A DNA stretch of 10,454 nt, from the UHGV virus genome UHGV-1716704, one strand, 5' to 3'. The notes below the pieces were generated by a model. That model worked only from the letters and a program-made list of their open reading frames with translations. It was not told where the DNA came from and searched no databases. Within the stretch, counting starts at the first letter, position 1. Each line of letters begins with the position of its first letter. This document shows, piece by piece, positions 1 to 6,608 of the stretch. This stretch comes from a virus. The translations under genes and the position numbers were made by a program.

Positions 1-50
1 GCCTGTGGAGTTCAGCCGATCTGACTTATGTCATTACCTATGAAATGTGA
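1..50 (+). CDS. U: 3' end of tail terminator protein gene (gpU-like); partial, start lies upstream of the window
   Basis: Reading frame open from the window edge (codons from position 3) to TGA at 48-50, giving ...[15 protein letters not shown]. It ends 7 nt before the V start and overlaps the V ribosome-binding site. Position matches U in the lambda order U-V-G-T-H. Too short to identify from sequence alone. Confidence 0.5.
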   Translation, partial: LWSSADLTYVITYEM

Positions 51-57
51 GGACGCT

Positions 58-798
58 ATGCCTGTACCAAATCCTACAATGCCGGTGAAAGGTGCCGGGA
101 CCACCCTGTGGGTTTATAAGGGGAGCGGTGACCCTTATGCGAATCCGCTTTCAGACGTTGACTGGTCGCGTCTGGCAAAAGTTAAAGACCTGACGCCCGG
201 CGAACTGACCGCTGAGTCCTATGACGACAGCTATCTCGATGATGAAGATGCGGACTGGACTGCGACCGGGCAGGGGCAGAAATCTGCCGGAGATACCAGC
301 TTCACGCTGGCGTGGATGCCCGGAGAGCAGGGGCAGCAGGCGCTGCTGGCGTGGTTTAATGAAGGCGATACCCGTGCCTATAAAATCCGCTTCCCGAACG
401 GCACGGTCGATGTGTTCCGTGGCTGGGTCAGCAGTATCGGTAAGGCGGTGACGGCGAAGGAAGTGATCACCCGCACGGTGAAAGTCACCAACGTGGGACG
501 TCCGTCGATGGCAGAAGATCGCAGCACGGTGACGGCGACAACCGGCATGACGGTGACACCCGCCAGTGCTTCCGTAGTGAAAGGGCAGAGCACCACGCTG
601 ACCGTGGCATTCCAGCCGGATGGCGCAACCGACAAGAGCTTCCGTGCGGTGTCTGCGGATAAAACAAAAGCCACCGTGTCGGTCAGTGGTATGACCATCA
701 CCGTGAATGGCGTTGCTGCAGGCAAGGTCAACATTCCGGTTGTATCCGGTAATGGTGAGTTTGCTGCGGTTGCAGAAATCACCGTCACCGCCAGTTAA
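58..798 (+). CDS. V: Major tail tube protein gpV, 246 aa, with C-terminal Ig-like (Big_2-type) domain
   Basis: ATG at 58 preceded by GAGGA at 49-53. Product [24 protein letters not shown]... is recognised as lambda-type gpV and has the same 246-aa length. The C-terminal part is rich in T/V/S/A, as in the Ig-like domain. The track ORF beginning at 28 is the same frame extended upstream; it would overlap the U stop and has no RBS, so 58 is preferred. Confidence 0.95.
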   Translation: MPVPNPTMPVKGAGTTLWVYKGSGDPYANPLSDVDWSRLAKVKDLTPGELTAESYDDSYLDDEDADWTATGQGQKSAGDTSFTLAWMPGEQGQQALLAWFNEGDTRAYKIRFPNGTVDVFRGWVSSIGKAVTAKEVITRTVKVTNVGRPSMAEDRSTVTATTGMTVTPASASVVKGQSTTLTVAFQPDGATDKSFRAVSADKTKATVSVSGMTITVNGVAAGKVNIPVVSGNGEFAAVAEITVTAS

Positions 799-813
799 TC
801 CGGAGAGTCAGCG

Positions 814-1236
814 ATGTTCCTGAAAACCGAATCATTTGAACATAACGGTGTGACCGTCACGCTTTCTGAACTGTCAGCCCTGCAGCGTATTGAGCATCTC
901 GCCCTGATGAAACGGCAGGCAGAACAGGCGGAGTCAGACAGCAACCGGAAGTTTACTGTGGAAGACGCCATCAGAACCGGCGCGTTTCTGGTGGCGATGT
1001 CCCTGTGGCATAACCATCCGCAGAAGACAAAGCAGCCTTCCATGAATGAAGCCGTTAAACAGATTGAGCAGGAAGTGCTTACCACCTGGCCCACAGAGGC
1101 AATTTCTCATGCTGAAAACGTGGTGTACCGGCTGTCTGGTATGTATGAGTTTGTGGTGAATAATGCCCCTGAACAGGCAGAGGACGCCGGGCCCGCAGAG
1201 CCTGTTTCTGCGGGAAAGTGTTCGACGGTGAGCTGA
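814..1236 (+). CDS. G: Tail assembly chaperone gpG, 140 aa
   Basis: ATG at 814 with GGAGAG at 802-807. Product MFLKTESFEHNGVTVTLSELSALQRIEHLALMKRQ... is recognised as lambda gpG. Stop TGA at 1234-1236. The slippery heptamer sits near its 3' end. Confidence 0.93.
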   Translation: MFLKTESFEHNGVTVTLSELSALQRIEHLALMKRQAEQAESDSNRKFTVEDAIRTGAFLVAMSLWHNHPQKTKQPSMNEAVKQIEQEVLTTWPTEAISHAENVVYRLSGMYEFVVNNAPEQAEDAGPAEPVSAGKCSTVS

Positions 1237-1652
1237 GTTTTGCCCTGAAACTGGCGCGTGAGATGGGGCGACCCGACTGGCGCGCCATGCTTGCCGGGAT
1301 GTCATCCACGGAGTATGCCGACTGGCACCGCTTTTACAGTACCCATTATTTTCATGATGTTCTGCTGGATATGCACTTTTCCGGGCTGACGTACACCGTG
1401 CTCAGCCTGTTTTTCAGCGATCCGGATATGCATCCGCTGGATTTCAGTCTGCTGAACCGGCGCGAGGCTGACGAAGAGCCTGAAGATGATGTGCTGATGC
1501 AGAAAGCGGCAGGGCTTGCCGGAGGTGTTCGCTTTGGCCCGGACGGGAATGAAGTTATCCCTACTTCCCCGGATGTGGCGGACATGACGGAGGATGACGC
1601 AATGCTGATGACAGTATCAGAAGGGATCGCAGGAGGAGTCCGGTATGGCTGA
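814..1652 (+). CDS. T: Tail assembly chaperone gpGT, a fusion made by programmed -1 ribosomal frameshift; G frame 814-1218, then T frame from 1218 to stop at 1650-1652; predicted 279 aa
   Basis: Heptamer G GGA AAG at 1212-1218 lies in the G frame, 5 codons before the G stop. The -1 frame is open from 1218 to 1652 and encodes VFDGELSFALKLAREMGRPDWRAMLAGMSSTEYADWHRFY..., recognised as the gpT moiety. This is the conserved G/GT frameshift architecture of long-tailed phages. The T frame has no start or RBS of its own. Confidence 0.88.
1212..1218 (+). promoter_or_regulatory. Slippery heptamer GGGAAAG, the -1 programmed frameshift site for G to GT
   Basis: Read directly: gggaaag at 1212-1218, with GGA and AAG as G-frame codons at 1213-1218. 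Shifting to GGG AAA places the next codon, GTG at 1218, in the T frame. Confidence 0.88.
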
Positions 1653-4206
1653 ACCGGTAGGCGATCTGGTCGTTGATTTGAGTCTGGATGCGGCCAGATT
1701 TGACGAGCAGATGGCCAGAGTCAGGCGTCATTTTTCCGGTACGGAAAGTGATGCGAAAAAAACAGCGGCAGTCGTTGAACAGTCGCTGAGCCGACAGGCG
1801 CTGGCTGCACAGAAAGCGGGGATTTCCGTCGGGCAGTATAAAGCTGCCATGCGTATGCTGCCTGCGCAGTTCACTGACGTGGCCACGCAGCTTGCAGGCG
1901 GGCAAAGTCCGTGGCTGATCCTGCTGCAACAGGGTGGTCAGGTTAAGGACTCCTTCGGCGGGATGATCCCCATGTTCAGGGGGCTTGCCGGTGCGATCAC
2001 CCTGCCGATGGTGGGGGCCACCTCGCTGGCGGTGGCGACCGGTGCGCTGGCGTATGCCTGGTATCAGGGCAACTCAACCCTGTCCGATTTCAACAAAACG
2101 CTGGTCCTTTCCGGTCATCAGTCGGGTCTGACGGCAGATCGTATGCTGGTCCTGTCCAGAGCCGGGCAGGCGGCAGGGCTGACGTTTAACCAGACCAGCG
2201 AGTCACTCAGCGCACTGGTTAAGGCGGGGGTAAGCGGTGAGGCTCAGATTGCGTCCATCAGCCAGAGTGTGGCGCGTTTCTCCTCTGCATCCGGCGTGGA
2301 GGTGGACAAGGTCGCTGAAGCCTTCGGGAAGCTGACCACAGACCCGACGTCGGGGCTGACGGCGATGGCACGCCAGTTCCATAACGTGACGGCGGAGCAG
2401 ATTGCGTATGTTGCTCAGTTGCAGCGTTCCGGCGATGAAGCCGGGGCATTGCAGGCGGCGAACGAGGCCGCAACGAAAGGGTTTGATGACCAGACCCGCC
2501 GCCTGAAAGAGAACATGGGCACGCTGGAGACCTGGGCAGACAGGACTGCGCGGGCATTCAAATCCATGTGGGATGCGGTGCTGGATATTGGTCGTCCTGA
2601 TACCGCGCAGGAGATGCTGATTAAGGCAGAGGCTGCGTTTAAGAAAGCAGACGACATCTGGAATCTGCGCAAGGATGATTATTTTGTTAACGATGAAGCG
2701 CGGGCGCGTTACTGGGATGATCGTGAAAAGGCCCGTCTTGCGCTTGAAGCCGCCCGAAAGAAGGCTGAGCAGCAGACTCAACAGGACAAAAATGCGCAGC
2801 AGCAGAGCGATACCGAAGCGTCACGGCTGAAATATACCGAAGAGGCGCAGAAGGCTTACGAACGGCTGCAGACGCCGCTGGAGAAATATACCGCCCGTCA
2901 GGAAGAACTGAACAAGGCACTGAAAGACGGGAAAATCCTGCAGGCGGATTACAACACGCTGATGGCGGCGGCGAAAAAGGATTATGAAGCGACGCTGAAA
3001 AAGCCGAAACAGTCCGGCGTGAAAGTGTCTGCGGGCGATCGTCAGGAAGACAGTGCTCATGCTGCCCTGCTGACGCTTCAGGCAGAACTCCGGACGCTGG
3101 AGAAGCATGCCGGAGCGAATGAGAAAATCAGCCAGCAGCGCCGGGATTTGTGGAAGGCTGAAAATCAGTTCGCGGTACTGGAGGAGGCGGCACAACGTCG
3201 CCAGCTATCCGCACAGGAGAAATCCCTGCTGGCGCATAAAGATGAGACGCTGGAGTACAAACGCCAGCTGGCTGCACTTGGCGACAAGGTTACGTATCAG
3301 GAGCGCCTGAACGCGCTGGCGCAGCAGGCGGATAAATTCGCACAGCAGCAACGGGCAAAACGGGCCGCCATTGATGCGAAAAACCGGGGGCTGACTGACC
3401 GGCAGGCAGCGCGGGAAGCCACAGAACAGCGCCTGAAGGAACAGTATGGCGATAATCCTCTGGCGCTGAATAACGTCATGTCAGAGCAGAAAAAGACCTG
3501 GGCGGCTGAAGACCAGCTTCGCGGGAGCTGGATGGCAGGCCTGAAGTCCGGCTGGAGTGAGTGGGAAGAGAGCGCCACGGACAGTATGTCGCAGGTAAAA
3601 AGTGCAGCCACGCAGACCTTTGATGGTATTGCGCAGAATATGGCGGCGATGCTGACCGGCAGTGAGCAGAACTGGCGCAGCTTCACCCGTTCCGTGCTGT
3701 CCATGATGACAGAAATTCTGCTTAAGCAGGCAATGGTGGGGATTGTCGGGAGTATCGGCAGCGCCATTGGCGGGGCTGTTGGTGGCGGCGCATCCGCGTC
3801 AGGCGGTACAGCCATTCAGGCCGCTGCGGCGAAATTCCATTTTGCAACCGGAGGATTTACGGGAACCGGCGGCAAATATGAGCCAGCGGGGATTGTTCAC
3901 CGTGGTGAATTTGTCTTCACGAAGGAGGCAACCAGCCGGATTGGCGTGGGAAATCTCTACCGGCTGATGCGCGGCTATGCCACCGGCGGTTATGTCGGTG
4001 GCACCGGAAGTCCGGCGCAAATGCGGCGTTCAGAGGGTATCAGGTTTGAGCAGAACAACAACGTGGTGATTCAGAACGACGGTACGAATGGTCTGCCAGG
4101 TCCACAGATGATGAAGGCAGTGTATGACATGGCCCGCAAGGGTGCCCGTGATGAAATTCAGGCACAGATGCGCGATGGTGGTCTGTTCTCCGGAGGTGGA
4201 CGATGA
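1645..4206 (+). CDS. H: Tail tape measure protein gpH, 853 aa
   Basis: ATG at 1645 with AGGAGGA at 1631-1637; overlaps the T-frame stop by 8 nt. The 853-aa product matches lambda gpH in length and is recognised from its sequence. It has a long central stretch rich in A/E/K/Q/R/L (coiled-coil type, about 2600-3500) and a Gly/Ala-rich hydrophobic segment near the C terminus (about 3700-3830). It sits directly after G/GT, as tape measure genes do. Confidence 0.95.
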   Translation: MAEPVGDLVVDLSLDAARFDEQMARVRRHFSGTESDAKKTAAVVEQSLSRQALAAQKAGISVGQYKAAMRMLPAQFTDVATQLAGGQSPWLILLQQGGQVKDSFGGMIPMFRGLAGAITLPMVGATSLAVATGALAYAWYQGNSTLSDFNKTLVLSGHQSGLTADRMLVLSRAGQAAGLTFNQTSESLSALVKAGVSGEAQIASISQSVARFSSASGVEVDKVAEAFGKLTTDPTSGLTAMARQFHNVTAEQIAYVAQLQRSGDEAGALQAANEAATKGFDDQTRRLKENMGTLETWADRTARAFKSMWDAVLDIGRPDTAQEMLIKAEAAFKKADDIWNLRKDDYFVNDEARARYWDDREKARLALEAARKKAEQQTQQDKNAQQQSDTEASRLKYTEEAQKAYERLQTPLEKYTARQEELNKALKDGKILQADYNTLMAAAKKDYEATLKKPKQSGVKVSAGDRQEDSAHAALLTLQAELRTLEKHAGANEKISQQRRDLWKAENQFAVLEEAAQRRQLSAQEKSLLAHKDETLEYKRQLAALGDKVTYQERLNALAQQADKFAQQQRAKRAAIDAKNRGLTDRQAAREATEQRLKEQYGDNPLALNNVMSEQKKTWAAEDQLRGSWMAGLKSGWSEWEESATDSMSQVKSAATQTFDGIAQNMAAMLTGSEQNWRSFTRSVLSMMTEILLKQAMVGIVGSIGSAIGGAVGGGASASGGTAIQAAAAKFHFATGGFTGTGGKYEPAGIVHRGEFVFTKEATSRIGVGNLYRLMRGYATGGYVGGTGSPAQMRRSEGIRFEQNNNVVIQNDGTNGLPGPQMMKAVYDMARKGARDEIQAQMRDGGLFSGGGR

Positions 4207-4532
4207 AGACCTTCCGCTGGAAAGTGAAACCCGGTATGGATGTGGCTTCGGCCCCTTCTGTAAGAAAGGTGCGCTTTGGTGATGGCTATTCCCAGCGAGC
4301 GCCTGCCGGGCTGAATGCCGACCTGAAAACGTACAGCGTGACGCTTTCTGTTCCCCGTTGGGAGGCCACGGCGCTGGAGTCGTTTCTGGCTGAGCACGGG
4401 GGCTGGAAAGCCTTTCTGTGGACGCCGCCTTATGAGTGGCGGCAGATAAAGGTGACCTGCGCAAAATGGTCGTCGCGGGTCAGTATGCTGCGTGTTGAGT
4501 TCAGCGCAGAGTTTGAACAGGTGGTGAACTGA
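4203..4532 (+). CDS. M: Minor tail (tail tip) protein gpM, 109 aa
   Basis: ATG at 4203 overlaps the H stop as ATGA at 4203-4206; GGAGGTGGA lies upstream at 4191-4199. Product MKTFRWKVKPGMDVASAPSVRKVRFGDGYSQRAP... is recognised as lambda gpM, with the same 109-aa length. Confidence 0.93.
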   Translation: MKTFRWKVKPGMDVASAPSVRKVRFGDGYSQRAPAGLNADLKTYSVTLSVPRWEATALESFLAEHGGWKAFLWTPPYEWRQIKVTCAKWSSRVSMLRVEFSAEFEQVVN

Positions 4533-5230
4533 TGCAGGATATCCGGCAGGAAACACTGAATGAATGCACCCGTGCGGAGCAGTCGGCCAGCGTGGTGCTC
4601 TGGGAAATCGACCTGACAGAGGTCGGTGGAGAACGTTATTTTTTCTGTAATGAGCAGAACGAAAAAGGTGAGCCGGTCACCTGGCAGGGGCGACAGTATC
4701 AGCCGTATCCCATTCAGGGGAGTGGTTTTGAACTGAATGGCAAAGGCACCAGTACGCGCCCCACACTGACGGTTTCTAACCTGTACGGTATGGTCACCGG
4801 GATGGCGGAAGATCTGCAGAGTCTGGTCGGCGGAACGGTGGTCCGGCGTAAGGTTTACGCCCGTTTTCTGGATGCGGTGAACTTCGTCAACGGAAACAGT
4901 GACGCCGATCCGGAGCAGGAGGTGATCAGCCGCTGGCGCATCGAGCAGTGCAGCGAACTGAGCGCGGTGAGTGCCTCTTTTGTACTGTCCACGCCGACGG
5001 AAACGGATGGCGCTGTTTTTCCGGGACGTATCATGCTGGCCAACACCTGCACCTGGACCTATCGCGGTGACGAGTGCGGTTATAGCGGTCCGGCTGTCGC
5101 GGATGAATATGACCAGCCAACGTCCGATATCACGAAGGATAAATGCAGCAAATGCCTGAGCGGTTGTAAGTTCCGCAATAACGTCGGCAACTTTGGCGGC
5201 TTCCTTTCCATTAACAAACTTTCGCAGTAA
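4532..5230 (+). CDS. L: Minor tail (tail tip) protein gpL, 232 aa, with C-terminal Cys cluster
   Basis: ATG at 4532 overlaps the M stop as TGATG. Product MQDIRQETLNECTRAEQSASVVLWEIDLTEVGGERYFFCNEQ... is recognised as lambda gpL, same 232-aa length. C-terminal cysteines fall in CTWTYRGDECGY and DKCSKCLSGCKF (nt about 5049-5171). Confidence 0.93.
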   Translation: MQDIRQETLNECTRAEQSASVVLWEIDLTEVGGERYFFCNEQNEKGEPVTWQGRQYQPYPIQGSGFELNGKGTSTRPTLTVSNLYGMVTGMAEDLQSLVGGTVVRRKVYARFLDAVNFVNGNSDADPEQEVISRWRIEQCSELSAVSASFVLSTPTETDGAVFPGRIMLANTCTWTYRGDECGYSGPAVADEYDQPTSDITKDKCSKCLSGCKFRNNVGNFGGFLSINKLSQ

Positions 5231-5235
5231 ATCCC

Positions 5236-5979
5236 ATGACACAGACAGAATCAGCGATTCTGGCGCACGCCCGGCGATGTGCGCCAGCGGAGTCGTGCGG
5301 CTTCGTGGTAAGCACGCCGGAGGGGGAAAGATATTTCCCCTGCGTGAATATCTCCGGTGAGCCGGAGGCGTATTTCCGTATGTCGCCGGAAGACTGGCTG
5401 CAGGCAGAAATGCAGGGTGAGATTGTGGCGCTGGTCCACAGCCACCCCGGTGGTCTGCCCTGGCTGAGTGAGGCCGACCGGCGGCTGCAGGTGCAGAGTG
5501 ATTTGCCGTGGTGGCTGGTCTGCCGGGGGACGATTCATAAGTTCCGCTGTGTGCCGCATCTCACCGGGCGGCGCTTTGAGCACGGTGTGACGGACTGTTA
5601 CACACTGTTCCGGGATGCTTATCATCTGGCGGGGATTGAGATGCCGGACTTTTATCGTGAGGATGACTGGTGGCGTCACGGCCAGAATCTCTATCTGGAT
5701 AATCTGGAGGCGACGGGGCTGTATCAGGTGCCGTTGTCAGCGGCACAGCCGGGCGATGTGCTGCTGTGCTGTTTTGGTTCATCAGTGCCGAATCACGCCG
5801 CAATTTACTGCGGCGACGGCGAGCTGCTGCACCATATTCCTGAACAACTGAGCAAACGAGAGAGGTACACCGACAAATGGCAGCGACGCACACACTCCCT
5901 CTGGCGTCACCGGGCATGGCACGCATCTGCCTTTACGGGGATTTACAACGATTTGGCCGCCGCATCGACCTTCGTGTGA
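5236..5979 (+). CDS. K: Tail tip assembly protein gpK, 247 aa as the full ORF: N-terminal JAB/MPN (JAMM) metallopeptidase domain and C-terminal NlpC/P60 domain. The in-frame Met at 5380 would give the 199-aa form.
   Basis: ORF begins 5 nt after the L stop. JAMM signature HSHPGGLPWLSEAD (H-x-H-x7-S-x2-D) is present; a candidate upstream Glu lies in PAESCGFV, within the N-terminal 48 codons. NlpC/P60-type Cys appears in GVTDCYTLFRDAYHLAG and His in NHAAIYCGDGELLHH. No strong SD precedes 5236, so translational coupling to L is assumed and the start is uncertain. Confidence 0.85.
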   Translation: MTQTESAILAHARRCAPAESCGFVVSTPEGERYFPCVNISGEPEAYFRMSPEDWLQAEMQGEIVALVHSHPGGLPWLSEADRRLQVQSDLPWWLVCRGTIHKFRCVPHLTGRRFEHGVTDCYTLFRDAYHLAGIEMPDFYREDDWWRHGQNLYLDNLEATGLYQVPLSAAQPGDVLLCCFGSSVPNHAAIYCGDGELLHHIPEQLSKRERYTDKWQRRTHSLWRHRAWHASAFTGIYNDLAAASTFV

Positions 5980-6548
5980 AAACGGGGGCTGAAGCCATCC
6001 GGGCACTGGCCACACAGCTCCCGGCGTTTCGTCAGAAACTGAGCGACGGCTGGTATCAGGTACGGATTGCCGGGCGGGACGTCAGCACGTCCGGGTTAAC
6101 GGCGCAGTTACATGAGACTCTGCCTGATGGCGCTGTGATTCATATTGTTCCCAGAGTCGCCGGGGCCAAGTCAGGTGGCGTATTCCAGATTGTCCTGGGG
6201 GCTGCCGCCATTGCCGGATCATTCTTTACCGCCGGAGCCACCCTTGCAGCATGGGGGGCAGCCATTGGGACCGGTGGTATGACCGGCATCCTGTTTTCTC
6301 TCGGTGCCAGTATGGTGCTCGGTGGTGTGGCGCAGATGCTGGCACCGAAAGCCAGAACTCCCCGTACACAGACAACGGATAACGGTAAGCAGAACACCTA
6401 TTTCTCCTCACTGGATAACATGGTTGCCCAGGGCAATGTTCTGCCTGTTCTGTACGGGGAAATGCGCGTGGGGTCTCGCGTGGTTTCTCAGGAGATCAGC
6501 ACGGCAGACGAAGGGGACGGTGGTCAGGTTGTGGTGATTGGTCGCTGA
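5877..6548 (+). CDS. I: Tail tip assembly protein gpI, 223 aa: N-terminal ubiquitin-like domain ending near a Gly-Gly, then a Gly/Ala-rich hydrophobic C-terminal region
   Basis: ATG at 5877 with GAGAGAGG at 5858-5865. Overlaps the 3' end of K by 103 nt in a different frame. Product MAATHTLPLASPGMARICLYGDLQRFGRRIDLRVKTGAEAIRALATQLP... is recognised as lambda gpI, same 223-aa length. Gly100-Gly101 are encoded at 6174-6179; the segment VFQIVLGAAAIAGSFFTAGATLAAWGAAIGTGGMTGILFSLGASMVLGGVAQ follows. Confidence 0.9.
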   Translation: MAATHTLPLASPGMARICLYGDLQRFGRRIDLRVKTGAEAIRALATQLPAFRQKLSDGWYQVRIAGRDVSTSGLTAQLHETLPDGAVIHIVPRVAGAKSGGVFQIVLGAAAIAGSFFTAGATLAAWGAAIGTGGMTGILFSLGASMVLGGVAQMLAPKARTPRTQTTDNGKQNTYFSSLDNMVAQGNVLPVLYGEMRVGSRVVSQEISTADEGDGGQVVVIGR

Positions 6549-6566
6549 TGCAAAATGTTTTATGTG

Positions 6567-6589
6567 AAACCGCCTGCGGGCGGTTTTGT
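6567..6589 (+). other. Small GC-rich hairpin in the I-J intergenic spacer (aaaccgcc-tgcg-ggcggttt, then tttg)
   Basis: Read directly: an inverted repeat with an 8-bp stem and 4-nt loop, followed by a short T-rich run, 20 nt after the I stop and about 25 nt before the J start. It could be an attenuating terminator or an RNA stability or processing element. Function is not established from sequence. Confidence 0.3.
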
Positions 6590-6608
6590 CATTTATGGAG
6601 CGTGAGGA

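Noticed and set aside
28-57. Upstream extension of the V ORF to the ATG at 28 (256-aa version)
   Set aside because: It would overlap the U stop and lacks an SD. ATG 58 has a good GAGGA SD and gives the 246-aa length expected for gpV.
378-1309. Minus-strand ORFs (60-136 aa) and a + strand alternative-frame ORF (221-451) overlapping V and G
   Set aside because: Each is overlapped by a strongly supported + strand gene, and their translations are low-complexity. No evidence of independent expression signals.
1519-1649. Duplicated AGGVR(F/Y)G peptide motif at the C terminus of the T moiety (nt 1519-1539 and 1629-1649)
   Set aside because: Only two short copies are present. The second coincides with the AGGAGGA ribosome-binding site and start of H, so the apparent repeat is probably a by-product of that constraint and not a repeat element.
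2203-3815. Several minus-strand ORFs (77-192 aa) inside the tape measure gene
   Set aside because: All are embedded antisense in H and are Arg/Pro/Cys/Ser-rich, with no start context. Repetitive, GC-rich tape measure sequence commonly yields such open antisense frames.
4430-5242. Minus-strand ORF (270 aa) antisense to L and the end of M
   Set aside because: Fully overlapped by the confidently identified M and L genes on the + strand. Composition looks like an antisense artefact, and it has no recognisable domain.
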